Below are positions 1-8,336 of a DNA stretch of 32,000 nt, in pieces. The stretch lies in assembly GCF_049243625.1 (NCBI RefSeq), contig NZ_CP046975.1; one strand, given 5' to 3'. The position numbers and the translations under genes are program-made. The stretch comes from Corynebacterium amycolatum (lineage in GTDB: Bacteria > Actinomycetota > Actinomycetes > Mycobacteriales > Mycobacteriaceae). How positions within the stretch are numbered: the stretch's first letter is position 1; every line of letters begins with the position of its first letter. The notes beneath the pieces were generated by a model. That model searched no databases, had not been told where the DNA came from, and saw nothing but the letters and a program-made list of their open reading frames with translations.

Positions 1-462
1 TCCTGCAGCGATGATGATGTTGTCGGCTGTGATGTCGACAATTTCCTCGCCGATGCCAGTGCGAATAGTGCGGGGGCCGACGAACGTTGCGTGGCGGTCG
101 TAGACATCGATATTGGGAGTCTCGTCCCCGCGGCGGTATGCCTCGCCGCCGTCGGCAATCTGGTCGACTCGCTGGGCGAAAACGCGATCCTGGATTTGCT
201 TGAGATCAACGGAGCTGAAGGTGCCGTGCACGCCCAGGCGGCTGGCCTCGCGGATGTTGCGGGCGGCATCAGCGGCCAGAACGAACATCTTGGTGGGAAT
301 GCACCCAACGTTGAGGCAAGTACCGCCGAAACGTCCTTCCTCCACCAGAGCGATACGGACATTGTCGTAGTCCGGGGCTGGAATGGAATTGCCGGACCCT
401 GTTCCGATAATGATGACGTCGTAGTGGCGTGGGGTAGTCTCAGGCGAATTCTCAGTGGTCAC
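1..462 (-). CDS. mtr: mycothione (mycothiol disulfide) reductase, N-terminal 154 codons; the 3' end runs off the left edge of the window
   Basis: Absent from the ORF track because it has no stop in the window. Minus-strand translation from GTG (460-462) gives VTTENSPETTPRHYDVIIIGTGSGNSIPAPDYDNVRIALVEEGRFGGTCLNVGCIPTKMFV... This shows a GxGxG FAD fold and the CLNVGC redox-active disulfide of pyridine-nucleotide disulfide reductases. AGGAG lies 5 nt upstream of the GTG. The neighbouring hydrolase and mqo fit the known mtr locus. Confidence 0.85.
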   Translation of the reverse strand, partial: MTTENSPETTPRHYDVIIIGTGSGNSIPAPDYDNVRIALVEEGRFGGTCLNVGCIPTKMFVLAADAARNIREASRLGVHGTFSSVDLKQIQDRVFAQRVDQIADGGEAYRRGDETPNIDVYDRHATFVGPRTIRTGIGEEIVDITADNIIIAAG

Positions 463-483
463 AAGTACTCCTAGCATTCTGGT

Positions 484-495
484 CAAACTAGTTTG
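484..495. promoter_or_regulatory. perfect 12-bp palindrome CAAACTAGTTTG at the predicted mtr transcription start; possible operator
   Basis: Read directly from the sequence. It lies 22-33 nt upstream of the mtr start codon and immediately downstream of the -10 element. Confidence 0.3.
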
Positions 496-496
496 G

Positions 497-525
497 TTCA
501 ACCGTACTGAATGCTGATTTATTCC
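497..525 (-). promoter_or_regulatory. SigH/SigR-type ECF sigma promoter for mtr (GGAAT-N18-GTTGAA)
   Basis: The minus strand reads ctcGGAATaaatcagcattcagtacgGTTGAAcc. GGAAT is at 521-525, the spacer is exactly 18 nt, and GTTGAA is at 497-502. This equals the GGAAT-N18-GTT consensus of the thiol-stress ECF sigma factors. It sits 35-63 nt upstream of the mtr GTG. Confidence 0.55.
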
Positions 526-531
526 GAGCTC

Positions 532-1623
532 CTATTTTGAGCTGCCTCCCGGCTTGACCGTGGCGAGGAACTGGAAGGTCTCATCAAAAGCGCGATCTAG
601 TGCTTCGGGTTCCGAGAGATACACGTCATGGAGCGCACCCGGAATCGCGACGTTGCGAGCCTGCGGGCCCAGGTGGGCAGTGGCATCGGCAATTTGTTCA
701 GTGTTGAGAACAGAGTCAACGCGACTGAGCTCCGGGATGTAGTCGGAACCGAGAAGGTAGTTGTCCGAGTGGAGGACGAGCGTCGGCACGCCGGTGTCGA
801 TACCGTGGCTAACACGTTGCTGGCCGACGATGATGGCATTGAGCCAACGCCAGTTCTTGTCATGGCCAGCCAGCGGCTTGAAAGTGCGGTTGTACTCCCA
901 GCGTCCCTGGTGGTCGGCGCTAATGGATTTGCCATAGCCGCCCGCAGACTGCACCGGAATAAGATTGTTGGGGCGAATCCGCGACATAACGCGAGCCACT
1001 AGCGAGTACACGGGAGCCTTTGCCCGGGAAACGTGCAGAGTCAGCCACGGTGAGTTCAAGACGGCAGCCGTGACGGAAATATTGAGTGCTTGCGAGCAAT
1101 GGCCGCCTGTGCTTCGTAGCCAATCGAGCCAGAGAACGGCAATGAGACCGCCGGTGGAGTGCGCATTAACAGTGACAGTTGTATGACCAGCGTGGTCTAA
1201 CACCGCGAGTGCGCCGTTGAGATCCTCGAAGTAATTCGTTAAATCGCTGCAGCCATGCCAAGTCTGCCCCGGTTGGTGAGCGCGCCCGCACTTGCGCAGG
1301 TCAATGGCGTAAAATGCGTACCCTTCGGAGTGGTAACGCTCTGCCACGTGCCTTTGGAAGAAGTAGTCCGACATCCCGTGGATCCAAAGAACTGCCGGAC
1401 GCGCTTGGAAGTCGCTTGCCGACGAGTCGGGGCAGTAGCGCACCAAAACCGCGCGTATCGACCCCTCGCCGTCGGGGTCCTGGCCGAGTTCGATGACATG
1501 TTGGCTGTAGCCCTCGCCTAGGTTATCGGGGTTAAAGGCGGGGGTAGTGAAATCGGGAATATCGGTAGTCACAGGGTCAAGCCTAGCGCCGATTACCGGG
1601 GGTAGTGGGAATGTGTGCCACAA
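532..1623 (-). CDS. alpha/beta-fold hydrolase (lysophospholipase / monoacylglycerol-lipase-like)
   Basis: 363-aa ORF. An HG oxyanion motif (LWIHGMSDYF) and a nucleophile elbow (NAHSTGG, i.e. GxSxG-type) are visible. Its position between mtr and mqo matches the conserved hydrolase of that locus. The start codon is not verified. Confidence 0.8.
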   Translation of the reverse strand: MWHTFPLPPVIGARLDPVTTDIPDFTTPAFNPDNLGEGYSQHVIELGQDPDGEGSIRAVLVRYCPDSSASDFQARPAVLWIHGMSDYFFQRHVAERYHSEGYAFYAIDLRKCGRAHQPGQTWHGCSDLTNYFEDLNGALAVLDHAGHTTVTVNAHSTGGLIAVLWLDWLRSTGGHCSQALNISVTAAVLNSPWLTLHVSRAKAPVYSLVARVMSRIRPNNLIPVQSAGGYGKSISADHQGRWEYNRTFKPLAGHDKNWRWLNAIIVGQQRVSHGIDTGVPTLVLHSDNYLLGSDYIPELSRVDSVLNTEQIADATAHLGPQARNVAIPGALHDVYLSEPEALDRAFDETFQFLATVKPGGSSK

Positions 1624-1737
1624 TAGATTATGGACTGAGACGGTAGCTCTCTTTTGCGTCTTTAGTTGTGTGTGCGCGCATGTGAGCGAGCGCTAGTTTG
1701 AATCACTAATCAAGTTAGTAAGGATGTTGACAGCAAA

Positions 1738-3234
1738 ATGGCTGATAACAAGCTTCCTGCTTCCAGTGGCGACGAGGTAGATGTCGTCCTCATCGGTGCA
1801 GGTGTAATGAGTGCGACGCTGGGTGTGCTGCTCAAGGAGCTCGAGCCATCCTGGTCACAGGTTCTGTTCGAGCGTCTCGATCAGCCCGCCAAGGAGTCTT
1901 CCTCCCCGTGGAACAACGCTGGTACCGGCCACTCTGCTCTGTGCGAGCTGAACTACACGCCGGAGAAGAACGGCAAGGTCGATGTCACCAAGGCTAAGAC
2001 CATTAATGAGCAGTTCCAGGTTTCCCGCCAGCTGTGGACCTCGCTGATTGAAAACGGCACCCTGACTGACCCGAAGGAGTTCATCAACCCGGTTGACCAC
2101 ACCACCTTCGCTCAGGGACCGGAGCAGATGGCGTTCATGCGTCGTCGCTACGAGGCACTTGAGAAGGAGCCGTTGTTCCACGGTCAGGAGCTCATTGAGG
2201 ATCCGGACCGTTTCGCTGAGTACCTTCCGCTGATGTCGGAGGGGCGTGACTTCTCCAAGCCGGTTTCCGCTATTCGTAACCCGAATGGTACGGACGTTAA
2301 CTTCGGTGCACTGACCAAGCAGTACCTGGCCGCACTGTCCGATATGGGTACTGAGATTCGCTACGGACACGAGGTCACCGGTCTGAAGCGCGACGGTTCC
2401 AAGTGGATTGTCACGGTGAAGAACCTGCACACCAAGGACGTTCGCACCCTGGTTGCCAACTTCGTCTTCGTCGGTGCCGGCGGTGACGCGCTGCCGCTGC
2501 TGCAGAAGGCTCGTATTAACGAGATTCGTGGTTTCGGTGGCTTCCCAGTCTCCGGCCAGTGGCTGCGCTGCACCAACGAGGAAGTTATTGCCCAGCATGA
2601 CGCCAAGGTCTACGGTAAGGCTTCCGTCGGCACGCCGCCGATGTCGGTTCCGCACCTGGACACCCGTGTTATCGACGGCAAGCGTGGCCTGCTCTTTGGT
2701 CCGTACGCCGGTTGGAACATGAAGTTCCTGAAGAACGGTAACAACCTGGACCTGATTAAGTCTCTGCGTCCGGCCAACCTGCCGTCCATGATGGGTGTTG
2801 GTGTCCAGGAGATGGGGCTGACCAAGTACCTGATTACTGAGGTTCTGAAGGACTTCGACGCACGTATCGAGTCCCTGCGTGAGTACGTCCCGAACGCTCG
2901 CCCAGAGGACTGGGAGCTGATTGTCGCTGGTCAGCGAGTTCAGGTCATTAAGCCGATGAAGGCTCCGGTCTTCGGTACCCTCGAGTTCGGTACCGCGGTC
3001 ATCAACTCGTGGGACGGCACCATTGCCGGCCTGATGGGTGCCTCCCCGGGTGCGTCCATCGCCCCGGCCGTGATGATCAGCCTGATTGAGCGCTGCTTCG
3101 GTCGCCACATGGGCAAGTGGGCTCCGAAGCTAAAGGAGCTCGTCCCGTCCTACGGCACGCACCTGGCTGATGACCCGGCTCTGTTCAAGGAGGTCTGGGA
3201 GGCTTCCCAGAAGACCCTGAAGTTGGAGCGCTAA
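1738..3234 (+). CDS. mqo: malate:quinone oxidoreductase
   Basis: 498-aa ORF. The N-terminal FAD motif is VDVVLIGAGVMSATLG. Strings characteristic of Mqo are present: SSPWNNAGTGHSALCELNYTP, FPVSGQWLRC, KASVGTPPMSVPHLDTR, GASPGASIAP. AAGGA lies upstream of the ATG. Confidence 0.95.
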   Translation: MADNKLPASSGDEVDVVLIGAGVMSATLGVLLKELEPSWSQVLFERLDQPAKESSSPWNNAGTGHSALCELNYTPEKNGKVDVTKAKTINEQFQVSRQLWTSLIENGTLTDPKEFINPVDHTTFAQGPEQMAFMRRRYEALEKEPLFHGQELIEDPDRFAEYLPLMSEGRDFSKPVSAIRNPNGTDVNFGALTKQYLAALSDMGTEIRYGHEVTGLKRDGSKWIVTVKNLHTKDVRTLVANFVFVGAGGDALPLLQKARINEIRGFGGFPVSGQWLRCTNEEVIAQHDAKVYGKASVGTPPMSVPHLDTRVIDGKRGLLFGPYAGWNMKFLKNGNNLDLIKSLRPANLPSMMGVGVQEMGLTKYLITEVLKDFDARIESLREYVPNARPEDWELIVAGQRVQVIKPMKAPVFGTLEFGTAVINSWDGTIAGLMGASPGASIAPAVMISLIERCFGRHMGKWAPKLKELVPSYGTHLADDPALFKEVWEASQKTLKLER

Positions 3235-3278
3235 GCACTCCGCTGAAGAGCTTCAAAGAGTTCAATTAAGCCAACATT

Positions 3279-3319
3279 TTCTACCCCGCTGTGAGCCATC
3301 CGCTCGCAGTGGGGTAGAA
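3279..3319 (+). terminator. stem-loop downstream of mqo (weak intrinsic terminator or RNA-stabilising hairpin)
   Basis: ttctaccccgctg ... cagtggggtagaa. The stem has 8 bp plus 3 bp with one mismatch and a loop of about 15 nt. It is followed only by ctgtgttt, a poor U-tract. Confidence 0.35.
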
Positions 3320-3321
3320 CT

Positions 3322-4479
3322 GTGTTTATGGAAAAAATCACGTCAGCTACCACTGCACAAACAGAGCCCACTTTTCCTTTTACTGCGATTGTCGGGCAGC
3401 AGCGACTACAGCTTGCGTTGATTCTGACCGCTCTATCCCCGGAGATAGGTGGCGTGGTAATCCGCGGTGAGAAGGGCACAGCCAAGACCACTACGGTCCG
3501 CGCGTTGGCACCATTTCTCAGCGGATCGTTGGTGAACCTGCCACTCGGCGCTACGGAAGATCGAGTCGTGGGCTCCATCGATGTGGAGACCGTCCTGACG
3601 ACCGGACACGCGCAGTTCAATCCGGGCCTACTCAGCGCTGCTGACGGTGGCATTCTCTATGTCGACGAGATTAATCTGCTGCCGGATCACCTCGTTGACT
3701 CAGTGCTCGATGCCGCAGCCACCGGTCGCGTGGTTGTTGAACGCGACGGCATCTCGCACTCCGCCACCTCCAGGTTCGTGTTGGTCGGCACGATGAACCC
3801 GGAAGAGGGCGAATTGCGTCCCCAACTTCTCGACCGCTTTGGTCTCGCCATCGACGTCACCGCCTCCAAGGATCCGGCCGTCCGCGCGGAGATCGTCGCC
3901 CGTCGACTCGACTTTGACGCCAATCCGGAGAGCTTTGTCACGCGGTTCGCCACCGACGACGAGGCACTACACGCTCGCATCGATCGCGCACGCACACTGC
4001 TTGACGACGTCGAATTGACTCCCAGCATTCTCGGTCAAATTGCCACCGTGTGCGCTGCTTTTGATGTGGACGGGATGCGAGCCGACATCGTCATTGCACG
4101 TACCGCCCGCGCTCACGCTGCATGGCGAGTAGCTGGGGACGAGTCAGCGCAGCCACAACCGGGCAATCCAATTGAGATCACTGCGGAAGACATTAAGGTA
4201 GCTGCAGAAATGGCACTGCCGCACCGTCGTCGCCGTGACCCCTTTGATGAACCAGGATTGGACCAGGAGCAGCTCGATGATGCTCTGCAGGATGCAGAGG
4301 AGCAGTTCCGAGATGACCAGAATCAGTCAGAGTCGGATCCGGAATCGTATCCAGAGCCCGAGGCTGATCAGGTCTCCCAGTTCGACTCCAACTCCGAACC
4401 TCAGGAGCCACAACAGTCGAATTCCGCGGGATTGAAGGGAGGTCGCGCCGCTGAAGGCGCCCCCTTTCGCCGTTCGTAA
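3322..4479 (+). CDS. ChlI/ChlD-type AAA+ chelatase subunit, N-terminal part (AAA+ module plus acidic linker); appears to be the 5' half of a frameshifted single gene spanning 3322-5263
   Basis: The Walker A region is [11 protein letters not shown]. The Walker B region is [20 protein letters not shown] is typical of BchI/ChlI/ChlD. The C-terminal D/E/Q/P-rich linker resembles that of ChlD. The ORF ends 13 nt after a C5 run. The start may instead be the ATG at 3328. Confidence 0.8.
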   Translation: MFMEKITSATTAQTEPTFPFTAIVGQQRLQLALILTALSPEIGGVVIRGEKGTAKTTTVRALAPFLSGSLVNLPLGATEDRVVGSIDVETVLTTGHAQFNPGLLSAADGGILYVDEINLLPDHLVDSVLDAAATGRVVVERDGISHSATSRFVLVGTMNPEEGELRPQLLDRFGLAIDVTASKDPAVRAEIVARRLDFDANPESFVTRFATDDEALHARIDRARTLLDDVELTPSILGQIATVCAAFDVDGMRADIVIARTARAHAAWRVAGDESAQPQPGNPIEITAEDIKVAAEMALPHRRRRDPFDEPGLDQEQLDDALQDAEEQFRDDQNQSESDPESYPEPEADQVSQFDSNSEPQEPQQSNSAGLKGGRAAEGAPFRRS

Positions 4480-4585
4480 AATCAGTGTCGACGGCGTCGG
4501 CCAAGGAGATTCCGGCCGTCGCTCCAAGGCCATTGGTCCCCGGGGCAGCACCATTGGCGCCGAACGTGGCGGTCATGGTCTCCAC

Positions 4586-5263
4586 GTGCCGGCGACAGTG
4601 CTGGCCGCGGCCAATCGTGGTGCCCGCATGGGCAACTCCATGATCCCTCTGAAACCGGAAGACGTTCACGGCGCCATCCGACAGGGAACTGAGTCCAATC
4701 TGGTCGTCTTCGTTGTGGACACCTCGGGTTCTATGGCCGCGCGCGACCGTCTGGCAGCCGTCACCGGCGCCGTCACTTCGCTGCTGCGTGATGCCTACCA
4801 GAGCCGCGACAAAGTCGCTGTCATTACTTTCCGCGGGAACAGTGCCGAATTGGTTTTACCACCGACCAAGTCTATTGACACCGCAGTACGTCGCCTCGCA
4901 GATGTCCGCACTGGGGGCCGAACCCCATTGGCTGAAGGATTGCTGAAGGCACACGAAGTGGTGGTGCGGGAAGCGCACCGGGAGCCCACGCGCCGCGCAA
5001 TTATGGTGTTGCTCTCCGATGGCCGAGCAACAGGTAAAAATGGGCTGCAGCAGGCGAGGGCCGTGGCCGCAAAGATCCGTCGTCAAGCGTTGGCGGCGAC
5101 GGTGGTTATCGACTGTGAGCGCGCTCGCGTGCGGCTGGGGTTGGCACAGGAAATGAGTGTGGAGTTGGGTGCCACCTGCATAAACCTCTCAGAACTCAAT
5201 GCCGAAGCCGTGGCGGGTGTGGTCCATGCCTATCATCGAGACCATGGCACAAGGAAAGCTTGA
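4586..5263 (+). CDS. von Willebrand factor A (vWA/MIDAS) domain, ChlD C-terminal-like; probable 3' half of the frameshifted gene (this frame is open from 4436)
   Basis: The MIDAS motif VVFVVDTSGSMAA and the later SDGRAT are typical of vWA domains in ChlD/BchD/CobT. The same frame reads on upstream of the listed GTG as ...[46 protein letters not shown]. Confidence 0.75.
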   Translation: MPATVLAAANRGARMGNSMIPLKPEDVHGAIRQGTESNLVVFVVDTSGSMAARDRLAAVTGAVTSLLRDAYQSRDKVAVITFRGNSAELVLPPTKSIDTAVRRLADVRTGGRTPLAEGLLKAHEVVVREAHREPTRRAIMVLLSDGRATGKNGLQQARAVAAKIRRQALAATVVIDCERARVRLGLAQEMSVELGATCINLSELNAEAVAGVVHAYHRDHGTRKA

Positions 5264-5864
5264 CCCCAAATCAATTCCCAATGATGGACTGACCACCAGG
5301 CAGCGTCGCATGATTCCGATTACCGCCGTGCATACGGGCCCAGGTAAAGGCAAGTCCACCGCGGCATTCGGGATGGCGATGCGCGCGTGGAATCAGGGGA
5401 TGAATATTGGTGTCTTCCAGTTTGTGAAATCGGCAAAGTGGAAGGTTGGCGAGGAAGCTGTCATGCGTCGGCTCGGCGAGCTGCACGACGACACGGGGGA
5501 GGGCGGCCCGGTCGAATGGCACAAGATGGGCGAAGGCTGGTCCTGGTCGCGTAAGCAGGGCACCGAGGAGGATCATGCCGCAGCTGCTGCCGAGGGATGG
5601 CAGGAGATCAAGCGGCGCCTGGAAAATGAGGTGCACGATTTCTACGTCCTCGACGAGTTCACCTACCCAATCAAGTGGGGTTGGATTGATGTCGACGATG
5701 TGGTGGAGACATTGAGGAATCGTCCCGGCCGCCAGCATGTGGTGATGACTGGCCGCGATGCGGATTCGAAGCTGGTGGAGGTCGCGGATCTGGTGACGGA
5801 GATGACCAAGATTAAGCATCCGATGGATGTCGGGCGTAAGGGACAAAAGGGCATCGAGTGGTAG
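5244..5864 (+). CDS. cobO: cob(I)yrinic acid a,c-diamide adenosyltransferase
   Basis: The P-loop VHTGPGKGKSTAAFG is followed by QFVK and DEFTYP, the CobO/BtuR pattern. I chose the ATG at 5244 (MAQGKLDPKSIPNDGLTTRQRR) rather than 5199, because that N-terminus looks like mycobacterial CobO. Confidence 0.9.
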   Translation: MAQGKLDPKSIPNDGLTTRQRRMIPITAVHTGPGKGKSTAAFGMAMRAWNQGMNIGVFQFVKSAKWKVGEEAVMRRLGELHDDTGEGGPVEWHKMGEGWSWSRKQGTEEDHAAAAAEGWQEIKRRLENEVHDFYVLDEFTYPIKWGWIDVDDVVETLRNRPGRQHVVMTGRDADSKLVEVADLVTEMTKIKHPMDVGRKGQKGIEW

Positions 5865-7234
5865 CGCCTGGAATTGTCGTTGCGGCGACGGCCTCGGGCA
5901 CGGGCAAGACCACAATTTCCACTGGTCTTATGCGTGCACTGTCGCGCCGCCACGCGGTGGCACCATTCAAAGTCGGGCCGGATTATATTGACCCCGGCTA
6001 TCACGGGGTAGCGGCTGGTCGTCCCGGGCGCAATCTGGATTCCTTCATGTGCTCGCCTGAGATGATTGGGCCGCTCTACGCACACGGAGCTGCCGACAGC
6101 GATATTGCGGTGGTCGAAGGTGTTATGGGGCTTTTCGACGGCCGCATTGGTGACGACCCGCTATCGGTGGAGGGGTCGACGGCCGAGATTGCCTCGCTGC
6201 TGGGACTGCCGGTGGTGTTGGTTATTGATGCCCGGCATATGTCGCAGTCGGCGGCGGCTGTTGTTCACGGTTTCTCCACGCTTCGCACTGATGTCCGTGT
6301 CAGTGGCGTGATTATTAATCAGGTGGGCAGCCCGCGGCATGCGGACATCATTACCCGTTCTGTGGAGGCCATGGGTGTCGAGGTGCTCGGCGCGATTCCG
6401 CGAGTGACTGATATTGAGGTGCCCAGTAGGCATTTGGGGCTGGTCACTGCAGTCGAGCAGGGTGAGCAGCTAGAAGCGGTCATTGAATCGATGGCCAACT
6501 TGGTGGAGACGTACATCGACATCGACCGGATTGTCCAGCTTGCCCGGCAGCCCTATCCAGCTGAGCCATGGGACCCCGCACAGTTCGTTGCACCGCTGGC
6601 TACTCAGCGCCGCGTGCGCGTGGCGGTCGCGGCGGGTCCTGCGTTCTCGTTTACCTATGCAGAGCACCGTGAGCTATTGCGGGCTGCTGGAGCCGAGGTC
6701 GTGGATTTTGACCCATTGGTTGACGAACTGCCGGAAGCCGAAGGCTACATCGTGCCCGGTGGATTCCCGGAAGAGCATGCCGACGCGCTATCTATTCGCG
6801 ATGACATTCGCCGCGATTTACGTCAGGCTGCCGACGATGGTGCGCTGATTCACGGCGAATGCGCGGGGCTGCTCTGGCTGCTTGAAGATCTCGGTGGGCG
6901 CCGTATGTGCGGCATCATCCCGGGGCGAGCGCACATGGCACGGTTGAAGTTGGGGTACCGCGAGGCTGTGGCTCTGACTGATTCTGCATTGTGCCCGGTA
7001 GGTACGCGCGTACGCGGTCACGAGTTCCACAAGACAGCGCTCACTGATGACACCGCAAGTGTCGCTGCTGCGGCCGGGTGGCAACCCGCCTGGGGTTGGC
7101 GTGGATATCAAGGCGAGACAGTTCGCGACGGCTTCGTTTCCGAGTCTGGGCGGATTCATGCCGGTTACCTGCATGTTCATCCGGCGGGTGCGCCGGGCAA
7201 CGTCAGTCGCTTTGTTGCTTCGTGCGCCGGGTAA
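5858..7234 (+). CDS. cobB: cobyrinate a,c-diamide synthase (glutamine amidotransferase)
   Basis: The N-terminal ATP-binding motif is AATASGTGKTT. The C-terminal GATase-like region is IHGECAGLLWL ... RGHEFH. The GTG start overlaps the cobO stop (GTGGTAG), indicating translational coupling. Confidence 0.9.
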   Translation: MVAPGIVVAATASGTGKTTISTGLMRALSRRHAVAPFKVGPDYIDPGYHGVAAGRPGRNLDSFMCSPEMIGPLYAHGAADSDIAVVEGVMGLFDGRIGDDPLSVEGSTAEIASLLGLPVVLVIDARHMSQSAAAVVHGFSTLRTDVRVSGVIINQVGSPRHADIITRSVEAMGVEVLGAIPRVTDIEVPSRHLGLVTAVEQGEQLEAVIESMANLVETYIDIDRIVQLARQPYPAEPWDPAQFVAPLATQRRVRVAVAAGPAFSFTYAEHRELLRAAGAEVVDFDPLVDELPEAEGYIVPGGFPEEHADALSIRDDIRRDLRQAADDGALIHGECAGLLWLLEDLGGRRMCGIIPGRAHMARLKLGYREAVALTDSALCPVGTRVRGHEFHKTALTDDTASVAAAAGWQPAWGWRGYQGETVRDGFVSESGRIHAGYLHVHPAGAPGNVSRFVASCAG

Positions 7235-7244
7235 AGTATTAGCT

Positions 7245-8336
7245 ATGAGTTTGCTTCTCAAAGACTACGGTGTGTTGGTGATTGGCGGTTCCACGGCTGC
7301 AGAGCGCGTGATTCCTCGGTTGTTGGACTCTGGCGCTGACGTCACTGTGTGTGAGGGTGGGGAAGTAACAACTGCGATTGAGGCCTGGGCTGCAGACGGC
7401 CGTATTACTTTGACCCGCACTGGTTTTACCGAGGCGATGAGCTGGGGCAAGGCTCTCATGGTCTGCTGTGACGAGTCGTTGCTGCGTGAGGTGACACTCG
7501 AGGGACACCGCCGAGGTATTCTCGTCGACGATGAAACCGGGACATCCAGCCCGCTTACTCCTGCGGCGCTGACCGGCCGTCGCGCGTCGCGCGCAGGTGA
7601 CCTGGCAGGTCAGGTCGCACTCGTAGGCGGTGGCCCGGGCGATCCTGGTCTGATTACCGTTGAGGGGCGTCGCCTGCTCCGGCTTGCCGACGTCGTCGTC
7701 GCAGACCACCTCGGTCCACTGTCGCTGCTCGGTGACTTGGAGCCGGATGTCGAGATCATTGATGCCGGCAAGCTTCCTTACGGTCGCGCCATGGCTCAGG
7801 AGCGCATCAATGAACTGCTAGTTCATCGTGCCCGCGAGGGCTACTTTGTGGTCCGGCTCAAAGGTGGCGATCCGTACATCTTCGGCCGCGGTTTTGAAGA
7901 GCTTCACGAGCTGCAGAAGGCAGGGGTACCGGTTCGAGTTGTGCCGGGTATCACCTCGGCACTGGCGGTACCGGGGACGATTGGCATCCCAGTTACCATG
8001 CGTGGCGTCAACCACGAATTCACTGTCGTGTCCGGTCACGTCCCACCGGGGCACAAGACTTCGCTAGTCAATTGGGATGCGCTTGGCCGCATGCACGGCA
8101 CTATTGCCATCATTATGGGAGTTAAGAACGGGCCGAAGATTGCCGAGGCTCTGATGAAGGCCGGCCGCAGCCCGAAGACTCCGGCTGCAGTCATCCAGGA
8201 CGGCACGCTGCCGAATCAGAAGTCGCTACGCTGCACGCTCGGTGAACTGGGTGAAAAGATGGTCGAAGAAGGAATCAAGCCGCCCGCAGTTATCGTCATC
8301 GGTGAAGTCGCCGGTCTGGATGAGGGCGATGAGTAA
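7245..8336 (+). CDS. cysG: siroheme synthase-like / uroporphyrinogen-III C-methyltransferase (N-terminal precorrin-2 dehydrogenase-like domain plus SUMT domain)
   Basis: The N-terminus VLVIGGSTAAERVIPRLLDSGADVTV is a Rossmann fold. The SUMT motifs are VALVGGGPGDPGLITVEG and VVRLKGGDPYIFGRGFEE. I chose the ATG at 7245, because the ORF-track start at 7047 would overlap cobB by 188 nt. Confidence 0.85.
   Translation: MSLLLKDYGVLVIGGSTAAERVIPRLLDSGADVTVCEGGEVTTAIEAWAADGRITLTRTGFTEAMSWGKALMVCCDESLLREVTLEGHRRGILVDDETGTSSPLTPAALTGRRASRAGDLAGQVALVGGGPGDPGLITVEGRRLLRLADVVVADHLGPLSLLGDLEPDVEIIDAGKLPYGRAMAQERINELLVHRAREGYFVVRLKGGDPYIFGRGFEELHELQKAGVPVRVVPGITSALAVPGTIGIPVTMRGVNHEFTVVSGHVPPGHKTSLVNWDALGRMHGTIAIIMGVKNGPKIAEALMKAGRSPKTPAAVIQDGTLPNQKSLRCTLGELGEKMVEEGIKPPAVIVIGEVAGLDEGDE

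Noticed and set aside
91-474. 127-aa plus-strand ORF at the left edge.
   Set aside because: It is antisense to the clearly recognisable mtr N-terminus (GxGxG and CLNVGC motifs on the minus strand). Its own sequence has no motifs.
3235-3321. Possible cobalamin riboswitch upstream of the chelatase/cobO/cobB/cysG block.
   Set aside because: The region is only 87 nt. It has a single simple hairpin and nothing resembling the conserved B12 box or the multi-stem architecture.
7047-7244. N-terminal extensions offered by the ORF track: 7047 for cysG, 21358 for pptT, 20054 for dinF, 5199 for cobO, 8242 for the small membrane protein, 17408 for the orphan ORF, 25147 for pnp and 28797 for the SSS transporter.
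   Set aside because: Each extension overlaps the preceding gene or a terminator and adds sequence that does not look like protein. Downstream in-frame starts give family-typical N-termini, usually with an SD sequence or a stop-start overlap.
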